From contig CALGBY010000062.1 in NCBI GenBank assembly GCA_937886445.1, forward strand, positions 24,326 through 56,325: a stretch of 32,000 nucleotides of DNA. Reading direction: 5' to 3'. The translations under genes were made by a program, and so were the position numbers. This stretch comes from an uncultured Clostridia bacterium (GTDB lineage Bacteria > Bacillota > Clostridia > Christensenellales > Aristaeellaceae). The notes beneath the pieces are model-generated. The model was not told the origin of the DNA. It searched no databases and worked only from the letters and a program-made list of their open reading frames with translations. This document shows, piece after piece, positions 16,586 through 24,060 of this stretch (positions are counted from its first letter, which is position 1; each line of letters begins with the position of its first letter).

Positions 16586-17257
16586 ATGAAAGAAAAACGC
16601 AGAAAAGCATTCCGCGCGACGCTTCCCGTGATGGGAGGATACCTCGTGCTGGGTGCCGGCTTCGGCATATTGATGAAAGCAAACGGGTACGATGTTCTCT
16701 GGTCCACGGCAATGAGCATTTTCATTTATGCCGGTTCCATGCAGTATCTCGCTGTAGGTCTGCTTACAGGCGGCGCGTCACTGCTGTCCGTAGCCTTCAC
16801 CACACTTGCCGTAAACGCCAGGCATCTCTTTTACGGCCTTTCAATGGCGGATGCCTACCGCAGTGCCGGAAAAAAGCGTGCCTATCTGATTTTCTCGCTT
16901 ACTGATGAAACCTATTCGCTTGTCTGCTCCGGCGACAGAGATACGGATGAATGCTTTCTCATTTCTCTTTTCAACCATCTCTGGTGGACGCTCGGAACAT
17001 TCCTCGGCGCCGTATTTTCTTCCTTCATCCCGTTTGATACCGCCGGGATCGATTTTGCCCTTACCGCGCTGTTTATCACGGTGGTGATCGATCAACAGCA
17101 AAAAACAAAAGATCGTATCCCGCTGATATGCGGTGCGGCAAGCTCTCTTCTGTTTCTCCTTCTGCTCGGAAAAGACCGCTTTATCATCCCGGCTATGATC
17201 CTTATTTTCCTTCTTCTCCTGATCTATGCGAAAAAAGAGGTGAAAAGCCGTGAATAA
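16586..17257 (+). CDS. azlC: AzlC family branched-chain amino acid exporter subunit
   Basis: MKEKRRKAFRATLPVMGGYLVLGAGFGILM..., a polytopic membrane protein. I chose ATG 16586 after AAAGGCGG rather than track start 16511. It is followed by an overlapping azlD. Confidence 0.8.
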   Translation: MKEKRRKAFRATLPVMGGYLVLGAGFGILMKANGYDVLWSTAMSIFIYAGSMQYLAVGLLTGGASLLSVAFTTLAVNARHLFYGLSMADAYRSAGKKRAYLIFSLTDETYSLVCSGDRDTDECFLISLFNHLWWTLGTFLGAVFSSFIPFDTAGIDFALTALFITVVIDQQQKTKDRIPLICGAASSLLFLLLLGKDRFIIPAMILIFLLLLIYAKKEVKSRE

Positions 17258-17570
17258 ATCCGAAGCATTCATCGCGATCGCCATCATCAGTCTCATAACG
17301 GCGGCGCTCCGTTTCGCTCCTTTTCTTTTCCTAAACGGCAAAAAGCTTCCTCCTGTCATCGAAAACACCGTAAAAACGCTTCCCTATGCGGTCATGGCCA
17401 TGCTTGTAGTGTATTGCCTCAAGGATGTTTCATTCACGTCATATGCCTCATGGGTACCGTACATTGCCGCCTCCGCGGTAACAGCCGGCATTCATCTGCT
17501 TCGCCGCAGCAGTCTCCTCAGCATCATCTGCGGAACGGCCTGCTGTATGCTTTTGACTCAGCTTCTCTGA
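17250..17570 (+). CDS. azlD: AzlD family branched-chain amino acid transport protein
   Basis: 106-aa hydrophobic protein (ALRFAPFLFL... motif). GTG start 17250 overlaps the azlC stop (17255-17257). This is the canonical azlC-azlD pairing. Confidence 0.75.
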   Translation: MNKSEAFIAIAIISLITAALRFAPFLFLNGKKLPPVIENTVKTLPYAVMAMLVVYCLKDVSFTSYASWVPYIAASAVTAGIHLLRRSSLLSIICGTACCMLLTQLL

Positions 17571-17582
17571 ATTACGCTCCGG

Positions 17583-18170
17583 TCAGCGGATGATCTGCAT
17601 CAATATCATCTGCACAGCGACCGGCACAGCACAGCCGGCAAGCAACTCCGGCAGGGTATGCCTTTTCAGCAGGAGGCTGCTTCTGATAACCGGAAGCAGC
17701 AAAAGCATAAGAAATGCGCACCACGGTGACCGGTATACGCACAGAGCAAAAACCGGTCCGGACATCCCGCAGGTGTGACCGCTGATCCTGATTTTCAATG
17801 CGCCGGAAAAAGCAAAAATCAATATACCCGATACAAGATATGTGATCAGGATCACCTTCTGCTGTACCGATCCCCGCTCAATGAATGTATACACAGTGGC
17901 GATGATATAACCGGCTACTGAAAGACATACCGCAAGCGTTCTTTGCGCTTTTCTTTTTTTATTTCTGAGCGTGCGGATCATTACGCTGAGCGGATAAGCA
18001 GCCAAAGGCAGGATACTCAGGCAAAACAGGCATACAGGTAACGAATATCCCGTAAATGCCGTTCCGTTCAGGCTGAGAGTAATAATCAGTACCGCTGCCA
18101 TCACGGGCGGAACGGTAACAGCGCGTACAAAGAACGCCAAACGGTCACGGGTATTTCGTTTTTCAGTCAT
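17583..18170 (-). CDS. Polytopic membrane protein, possibly a degenerate PAP2 (lipid phosphatase) superfamily member
   Basis: 195 aa with about 6 TM helices. AAGGAG SD lies 8 nt before ATG 18170. ISGH, then 31 aa later SSLLLKRHTLPE, fits the spacing of PAP2 motifs C2 (SGH) and C3 (SRx5Hx3D), with R to S and D to E substitutions. Motif C1 is not evident. Confidence 0.35.
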   Translation of the reverse strand: MTEKRNTRDRLAFFVRAVTVPPVMAAVLIITLSLNGTAFTGYSLPVCLFCLSILPLAAYPLSVMIRTLRNKKRKAQRTLAVCLSVAGYIIATVYTFIERGSVQQKVILITYLVSGILIFAFSGALKIRISGHTCGMSGPVFALCVYRSPWCAFLMLLLLPVIRSSLLLKRHTLPELLAGCAVPVAVQMILMQIIR

Positions 18171-18419
18171 AAGCTCATTCTCCTTATCTGTTTATCATTT
18201 CAATCGGTCATCCGTTCAGGATGCTAACATTCGGCGTTCCGATGTGCAACCTACTGTTGTATGACCGTTTTCTATTACCCGGTCACGCTTCTCTACCCAC
18301 CTGAAATCCTGCTCTACCGTCAGTAGAATGCCTTATTTTTCAAGGATCCCGCCCATCAGAGCGTTGTGACACCCTGAGCGACCGATCAGCACGGCTTTGA
18401 AAAATACATGCCGATTTAT

Positions 18420-18448
18420 TTGCAAAACGGCCCTGTGAGTGATAAACT
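18420..18448 (+). promoter_or_regulatory. Promoter candidate for the XRE regulator (and possibly the xylosidase)
   Basis: TTGCAA (18420-18425), a 17-nt spacer, then extended -10 TGATAAACT (TAAACT 18443-18448), 24 nt before ATG 18472. Confidence 0.45.
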
Positions 18449-18471
18449 GTATTTGTAACCGGAGGCCATTT

Positions 18472-19071
18472 ATGAATGAAAATGAACTGAGAAGCAATCT
18501 ATCCGAAAATATCGCAAAGCTGAGGAGAAACGCCGGATTAACGCAAAGCGCGCTCGGCGAAAAGCTTGGCTACAGTGACAAATCCATTTCCAAATGGGAA
18601 CGCGGCGAAGGCTTGCCGGACATCTGTGTTCTTTGCAATATGGCTGAGCTTTTCGGTGTGAGTACAGATACTCTGCTTTTGAAAAAGGCGGATGAAGAGA
18701 TCCTGCCACTGAAAAGAAAGATACGCGTCCTCACCGTATTGCTGTCTGTAGCACTGGTTTGGCTCACCGCGGTGAGCGTGTACTTTCTGCTCCGCCTCGC
18801 CGTACCGGCCGCGCGGTATTCCTGGCTGTGCTTTATATTCGCCGTTCCGATCAGCTTTATCATCACACTTGTCTTTTCATGCAAATGGAAAAAGCTGCTT
18901 TTTCAATGTCTGAGCGTGACCGGCATCATCTGGGGAACCGCGGTCAGTCTTCAGCTGGTTGCTCTGTTCACGCTTAAGGAGGGCGGAACCTGGCTCATAT
19001 ATGTTATCGCGGGAGTACTTGAGATCATGTGCATCATGTGGTTCATCCTGCGTATGAGAAAACAGCGCTGA
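18472..19071 (+). CDS. Membrane-tethered XRE-family HTH transcriptional regulator
   Basis: The Cro/C1-type HTH is LSENIAKLRRNAGLTQSALGEKLGYSDKSISKWERGEGLPD. Four C-terminal TM helices follow. I chose ATG 18472 after GGAGG 18461-18465 rather than track start 18439. Confidence 0.8.
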   Translation: MNENELRSNLSENIAKLRRNAGLTQSALGEKLGYSDKSISKWERGEGLPDICVLCNMAELFGVSTDTLLLKKADEEILPLKRKIRVLTVLLSVALVWLTAVSVYFLLRLAVPAARYSWLCFIFAVPISFIITLVFSCKWKKLLFQCLSVTGIIWGTAVSLQLVALFTLKEGGTWLIYVIAGVLEIMCIMWFILRMRKQR

Positions 19072-19105
19072 TCAACAAAATCAATGATTTGAGGAGGTCA
19101 TATAC

Positions 19106-20608
19106 ATGAAGATACCGTATTCTGTTTCCGTAAATGAAAGTTTTCCGTTCAACAACAACGCCTGCTTCTGTATCGGGACCGGCCGTATGGGGCTTGCTCT
19201 TCAGGAGGAATACCAGAAGCAGCTTGAGATCACACAAAAGGAGATCGGTTTTTCCCACATCCGCGGACACGGACTTTTTACGGATGACATGGCGATCTAC
19301 GACAGCTATACCGATGAAAACGGTACGGAACATGAGCATTACAATTTCACCTATCTGGACCGCGTGTTCGATTCCTACCTTGCAAAGGGACTGAAGCCGT
19401 TTATCGAGCTCGGATTCATGCCGAAAAAGCTGGCCTCCGGTTCACAGACGATCTTTTACTGGCAGGGAAACACCACCCCTCCGGCGGACTGGGATAAATG
19501 GTCCCGTCTGGTAAGCGCGTTCATATCACATATTGCCGAAAGGTACGGCCGCGATGAAGTACGCGCCTGGCCATGTGAAGTGTGGAACGAACCGAACCTT
19601 CCCGGGTTCTGGCAGAACGCGGACAGAGAGGCATACCTGAAGCTATATGACTGTTCCGTCCGCGCCGTAAAAAAGGTCATTCCGGAAATGCCCGTAGGCG
19701 GACCTGCCGTTTGCGGCGGGGATCAATGCATGCCGTGGATCAGGGCTTTTCTTGAGCATTGCCTTGAAAATGATGTGCCCGTTGATTTTGTCAGCCGTCA
19801 TATCTATATGGCTCAAACGCCCGAACGGAAGCTGCGCTATACCTACCACGATATGTGTACTCCCGCACACGCGATAGGCGAAGCGAAGGAAACGAGGGCA
19901 TTGATCGATTCCTTCCCGGCCTTCAAAGGGCTTCCTCTCCATATCACGGAATACAACACCTCCTATAATCCGCGCTGCCCCACGCATGACACGCTTTACA
20001 ACGCCGCGCTCATCTGCGGCATGCTCACGGGTCTGGGCGATTACTGCGCTTCATATTCCTACTGGACCTTCGGAGATGTATTTGAAGAAACCGGCGTATA
20101 TGACAGGATCTTCCACGGCGGGTTCGGTCTGCTTGCGGACGGAGGCATTGCCAAGCCCACCTTCCATGCCTACCGCTTTTTCAGCAGGCTGACGGGAAAA
20201 TGCATATTCAGAAAAGACGATGCCGTTTTCACGCTTCAGCCGGATGGTTCTCTGAGAGGCATCGTGTTCAACCTTTGTCAGGCGGAGAAGAACAACAGGG
20301 ATTATCGCTTCAGCTTTGACCTTCCGGACGGCGATTACTGTGCCGTGATCCGTACGGTGGATCATCTGAACGGAAATCCCCTGCTTCTATGGCATAATAT
20401 GGGAGAGCCTTCTTCTCTTACGGAAATTCAGAAGGAACTTTTGAAGGCAGCCGCGCAGCCCGCTCTTTCCTCTGTTCGTTTCAGTGTGAAAAACGGAAAC
20501 GGAGAGGTAGCTCTTTCCCTTTCTCCCAACGCTTTCTGCAGTGTGGATATCCTCCCCGCATCCGTGTCTGCAAGCCCCGGGTATATCTATCCCGAAAAAG
20601 AGAATTGA
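19106..20608 (+). CDS. xynB: Glycoside hydrolase family 39 beta-xylosidase
   Basis: N-terminal CIGTGRMGLALQEEYQKQL...IRGHGLFTDDM, acid/base region EVWNEPNL and nucleophile region ITEYNTSYNP. These are typical of GH39 XynB. GAGGAGG SD is present. Confidence 0.85.
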   Translation: MKIPYSVSVNESFPFNNNACFCIGTGRMGLALQEEYQKQLEITQKEIGFSHIRGHGLFTDDMAIYDSYTDENGTEHEHYNFTYLDRVFDSYLAKGLKPFIELGFMPKKLASGSQTIFYWQGNTTPPADWDKWSRLVSAFISHIAERYGRDEVRAWPCEVWNEPNLPGFWQNADREAYLKLYDCSVRAVKKVIPEMPVGGPAVCGGDQCMPWIRAFLEHCLENDVPVDFVSRHIYMAQTPERKLRYTYHDMCTPAHAIGEAKETRALIDSFPAFKGLPLHITEYNTSYNPRCPTHDTLYNAALICGMLTGLGDYCASYSYWTFGDVFEETGVYDRIFHGGFGLLADGGIAKPTFHAYRFFSRLTGKCIFRKDDAVFTLQPDGSLRGIVFNLCQAEKNNRDYRFSFDLPDGDYCAVIRTVDHLNGNPLLLWHNMGEPSSLTEIQKELLKAAAQPALSSVRFSVKNGNGEVALSLSPNAFCSVDILPASVSASPGYIYPEKEN

Positions 20609-20656
20609 TTTTCTGTATTAAAACAGTTCAAACCGCAAATTACGCATGTTCGATAC

Positions 20657-20685
20657 TTGTTGAACCGTCAAATATATGATATAAT
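20657..20685 (+). promoter_or_regulatory. Promoter candidate for asd-dapA-dapB
   Basis: TTGTTG (20657-20662), a 17-nt spacer, then extended -10 TGATATAAT (TATAAT 20680-20685), 30 nt before ATG 20715. Confidence 0.5.
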
Positions 20686-20714
20686 ACTGTATCCCTTTTA
20701 TTAGGAGGTATTTT

Positions 20715-21803
20715 ATGGAGAAGTATCGCGTAGGTATTATCGGAGCAACAGGTATGGTAGGTCAGCGTTTTGTCACTCTGCTTGCAGATCATCCCTGGTT
20801 TGAGATCACAGTTCTTGCCGCCAGTGCTTCCAGTGCAGGAAAAACATATCAGGAAGCAGTAGCGAATCGCTGGGCATTTGACTGGGATATTCCGGAAAAA
20901 GTGCGTGATATGACGGTTTACGACGCGTCTGATGTTAAAACCGTATCCGAAAAGGCAGATTTTGTTTTCTGCGCCGTCAATATGGACAAGGCCGCTACCC
21001 GCGCCATGGAAGAAAGCTATGCAAAGGCTGAAACGCCTGTTATCAGCAATAACAGCGCGTGCAGAATGCTCGGCGATGTTCCCATGATGATCCCCGAGAT
21101 CAACTTCGCTCACGCGGGCGTCATTCCCGCGCAGCGGAAGCGTCTCGGCACACAGCGCGGATTTATTGCCGTAAAGCCGAACTGCTCCATCCAGAGCTAT
21201 GTTCCCGCGCTGACACCTATGCTTGATTTCGGTATCGAAAAGATCAGTGTATGTACCTATCAGGCGATCAGCGGCGCCGGCAAGACCTTCAAACGCTGGC
21301 CCGAGATCCTTGATAATGTGATCCCCTATATCGGCGGTGAAGAAGAAAAGAGCGAAAAGGAACCGCTGAAGATCTGGGGCGCGCTTTCTCAGGATTCTTC
21401 CGAGATCGTTCCGGCCGTAAAGCCCGTTATCTCCGCACAGTGCCTCAGAGTACCGGTGTCAGACGGCCATATCGCCGCTGTCAGCGTAAAGTTTGCCTCC
21501 ACCCCCTCAAGAGAGGATTTTCTTGAGCGCTGGAGCGGATATACCACTGAAGCTCAGCGTCTGCATCTTCCTTCCGCGCCGACACCCTTCATCAAGTATT
21601 TTGATGAGCCGGACCGTCCTCAGACCAGGCTGGACCGCGACTTTGAGCATGGAATGGGCATCACTGTCGGCCGTCTGCGTGAAGACTGCCTGTTTGACTG
21701 GAAGTTTGTCTGCCTTTCTCATAACACACTTCGCGGCGCTGCCGGCGGCGGTGTGCTTTCCGCGGAGTATCTCTGTGCCGCGGGCTATATTACAAGGAAG
21801 TAA
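20715..21803 (+). CDS. asd: Aspartate-semialdehyde dehydrogenase
   Basis: IGATGMVGQRF NAD(P)-binding N-terminus, active-site KPNCSIQ cysteine and VSDGH histidine region. AGGAGG SD. Followed by dapA and dapB. Confidence 0.9.
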   Translation: MEKYRVGIIGATGMVGQRFVTLLADHPWFEITVLAASASSAGKTYQEAVANRWAFDWDIPEKVRDMTVYDASDVKTVSEKADFVFCAVNMDKAATRAMEESYAKAETPVISNNSACRMLGDVPMMIPEINFAHAGVIPAQRKRLGTQRGFIAVKPNCSIQSYVPALTPMLDFGIEKISVCTYQAISGAGKTFKRWPEILDNVIPYIGGEEEKSEKEPLKIWGALSQDSSEIVPAVKPVISAQCLRVPVSDGHIAAVSVKFASTPSREDFLERWSGYTTEAQRLHLPSAPTPFIKYFDEPDRPQTRLDRDFEHGMGITVGRLREDCLFDWKFVCLSHNTLRGAAGGGVLSAEYLCAAGYITRK

Positions 21804-21811
21804 CGGTATTT

Positions 21812-22690
21812 ATGAAAAAGATTCTTTTTACAGGCTGCGGTGTTGCGCTGATCACACCGTTCAAAAACGGAAAAATTGATTTTGCCGCCTTCGAAAAGCA
21901 TCTTGACAGACTGCTTTCCGCAGGCGTTGACGCATTGCTTCCCTGCGGTACGACCGGTGAACCGGCAACATTGACACATGAGGAATGGAAGTCCGTGATC
22001 TCCTTTACCGTAAAAGCGGTAAACGGGCGTGTTCCCGTGATCGCCGGTACCGGTTCAAACTGCACCGCAAACGCGATCGAAAACGCGAAAGAAGCCTGCG
22101 GCCTGGGTGCTGACGCGCAGCTGGTCGTCACTCCTTTCTATAACAAGACTACGCAGGAAGGGCTGATCCGGCACTTTACCGCCATTGCAGATGCCGCCCC
22201 TCTCCCTGTGGTGCTTTACAGCGTACCTTCAAGGACCGGCATGGGAATCGCTCCCGCCACTCTGAAGGTCCTCAGTGAGCATGAAAACATCGTTGCTTTC
22301 AAAGATGCCGGCGGCAGTATCGTCAACAGCCTTGAATCTGCCGCTCTCTGCGGCGATCAGCTCACCTTCTACAGCGGTGAGGATAATATCGTGGCCCCGC
22401 TGATGGCGCTCGGTTATAAGGGCGTTATTTCCGTTGCAGCCAATATCGTACCCGAAGCAGTCGTAAAGATGTCACATGCTTCCGCGGAGGAAGCCGGCAT
22501 CATTCAAAAGCAGCTGTTCCGGCTGAATAAACTGCTGTTTACGGAAACCAGTCCCGCTCCCGCGAAAGCAGCGCTTTCCATGATGGGGTTGATCGAAAAC
22601 GAGCTTCGTCTGCCTCTGATCCCCATGAGCGAGACCAACGCCGCCCTGCTGCGTGATGAGTTGAATCATCTGGGGGTACTGCCGGTATGA
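21812..22690 (+). CDS. dapA: 4-hydroxy-tetrahydrodipicolinate synthase
   Basis: GVALITPF..., GTTGEPATLTHEEW and FKDAGGS (Schiff-base lysine region). Length 292 aa. Confidence 0.93.
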   Translation: MKKILFTGCGVALITPFKNGKIDFAAFEKHLDRLLSAGVDALLPCGTTGEPATLTHEEWKSVISFTVKAVNGRVPVIAGTGSNCTANAIENAKEACGLGADAQLVVTPFYNKTTQEGLIRHFTAIADAAPLPVVLYSVPSRTGMGIAPATLKVLSEHENIVAFKDAGGSIVNSLESAALCGDQLTFYSGEDNIVAPLMALGYKGVISVAANIVPEAVVKMSHASAEEAGIIQKQLFRLNKLLFTETSPAPAKAALSMMGLIENELRLPLIPMSETNAALLRDELNHLGVLPV

Positions 22691-23430
22691 AGATCATTTT
22701 GACAGGTGCCTGCGGCAGAATGGGGCATCAGGTCGTCCAGCAGGCGCGCGAGATGGGGCATCAGATCCTTTACGGAGTGGATCAGAAAGCGGATACGCAT
22801 GAATACGCTTTTCCTGTCTATCCGGATTTTTGTGATCCCGGCGAAAAGGCGGATGTGATCATCGACTTTTCGTCTCCCGCTCTTTTGAAAAGCGAACTGG
22901 CATGGGCTCAGAAAACCTCAACGCCTGTGCTGATCGCCTGCACCGGCTTCAGCGATAATGATCTTCAGCTGATCGAAGAAGCTTCCGAAAATATCGCGAT
23001 CTTCCGCAGCGCGAACCTCAGCCTCGGCATCGAAGTTCTTAAAGAGCTCGTGCGAAAAGCATCAGCCATGCTTGAAGGCTATGATATCGAGATCATTGAG
23101 CGCCATCACAATAAGAAGGCCGATGCTCCCAGCGGTACCGCTCTGATCCTTCTGGACGCGGTCAAAAACGAGACTTCCGAGCCTGTTTTCGGAAGACACG
23201 GAGCGGATTGCCGCAGAAAGCAAAACGAGATCGGCATCCACTCGGTACGCGGCGGTACCATAGTGGGCGAACACGAGGTCGACTTCTGCGGGCCTTTTGA
23301 AACGATCTCCCTTACCCACACCGCACAGGACAGAAGTGTCTTCGCAGCCGGTGCGCTGAGAGCGGCTCTTTTCCTTACGCGGCAGCAAAACGGCTGCTAC
23401 AATATGGCTGATCTTGTTCGCAGTCTGTAA
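22687..23430 (+). CDS. dapB: 4-hydroxy-tetrahydrodipicolinate reductase
   Basis: Signature ERHHNKKADAPSGTA. ATGA start/stop overlap with dapA. Confidence 0.93.
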   Translation: MKIILTGACGRMGHQVVQQAREMGHQILYGVDQKADTHEYAFPVYPDFCDPGEKADVIIDFSSPALLKSELAWAQKTSTPVLIACTGFSDNDLQLIEEASENIAIFRSANLSLGIEVLKELVRKASAMLEGYDIEIIERHHNKKADAPSGTALILLDAVKNETSEPVFGRHGADCRRKQNEIGIHSVRGGTIVGEHEVDFCGPFETISLTHTAQDRSVFAAGALRAALFLTRQQNGCYNMADLVRSL

Positions 23431-23467
23431 GCACTATATGACATTCTATTGAAAAGGAGAATATAAA

Positions 23468-23959
23468 ATGAGCGAGACCAAACAGACCATCGGCAAGCGC
23501 ATGACAAAAAAAGAAGTTGAAGAACTTGAAGAGAAGCTTCAATACCTCAAAACCACCCGCACAGCGCAGGTAGCCGAGCAGATCAATATTGCCAGAGGCT
23601 TCGGTGATCTCAGTGAGAACGCCGAATATGAAGAAGCGAAGAATGAACAGGCAGCACTGATGACCGAGATCGCCCGCATCGAGGATACGATCCGTTTTGC
23701 CGACATTGTGGATGAAAAGGAGCTGTCCGGCAACAAGATCAATATCGGCTTCAAGGTAAAGTTGCTGTTCATGGACGATGACGAGACCGAGGAATACACC
23801 CTGACCGGTACCCGTGAAAACACGGATGATATCACCAAGATCTCCAACGAATCCCCCATCGGCGCTGCCATCATGGGCAAACAGGCGGGCGATATCGTTG
23901 AGGTAGTATCTCCTTCCGGCAGCTACAGCGTAAAAATTCTGGAAGCCAGCAGGGGCTGA
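23468..23959 (+). CDS. greA: Transcription elongation factor GreA
   Basis: GDLSENAEYEEAK acidic-tip motif, N-terminal coiled coil and C-terminal SPIGAAIMGKQAGD. AAGGAG SD. Confidence 0.95.
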   Translation: MSETKQTIGKRMTKKEVEELEEKLQYLKTTRTAQVAEQINIARGFGDLSENAEYEEAKNEQAALMTEIARIEDTIRFADIVDEKELSGNKINIGFKVKLLFMDDDETEEYTLTGTRENTDDITKISNESPIGAAIMGKQAGDIVEVVSPSGSYSVKILEASRG

Positions 23960-24060
23960 CGGATATCCGTCCTGCCCGGCGATTCAGACGGGCAAAACAT
24001 CGCGAACCGAGTTTCCGCCCGGAAGAATTCAGCAGATTAACAGTTTAGGAGAAATACAGT

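Noticed and set aside
18171-18419. A possible riboswitch. On the plus strand, ACCCTGAGCGACCGATCAG faintly resembles the TPP element. On the minus strand, CTCTGATGGGCGGG faintly resembles the fluoride motif and GGTGGGTAGAG the T-box or yybP-ykoY motifs.
   Set aside because: The invariant cores are missing in every case: UGAGA plus ACCUGAUCUGGAUAAUGCCAGCG for TPP, the 5' GGCGAUG arm for fluoride, GGGGAGUAG for yybP-ykoY, and the specifier/T-box sequence. The TPP-like orientation would also precede a transcription-factor gene. I kept this only as an unexplained spacer.
20609-20714. An expected lysine riboswitch (L-box) upstream of asd-dapA-dapB, and T-box leaders upstream of lysS (23960-24060), glnS and gltX.
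   Set aside because: The spacers are only 106, 101, 31 and 32 nt, too short for these elements. They contain just promoter/SD features and small hairpins with no U-tracts.
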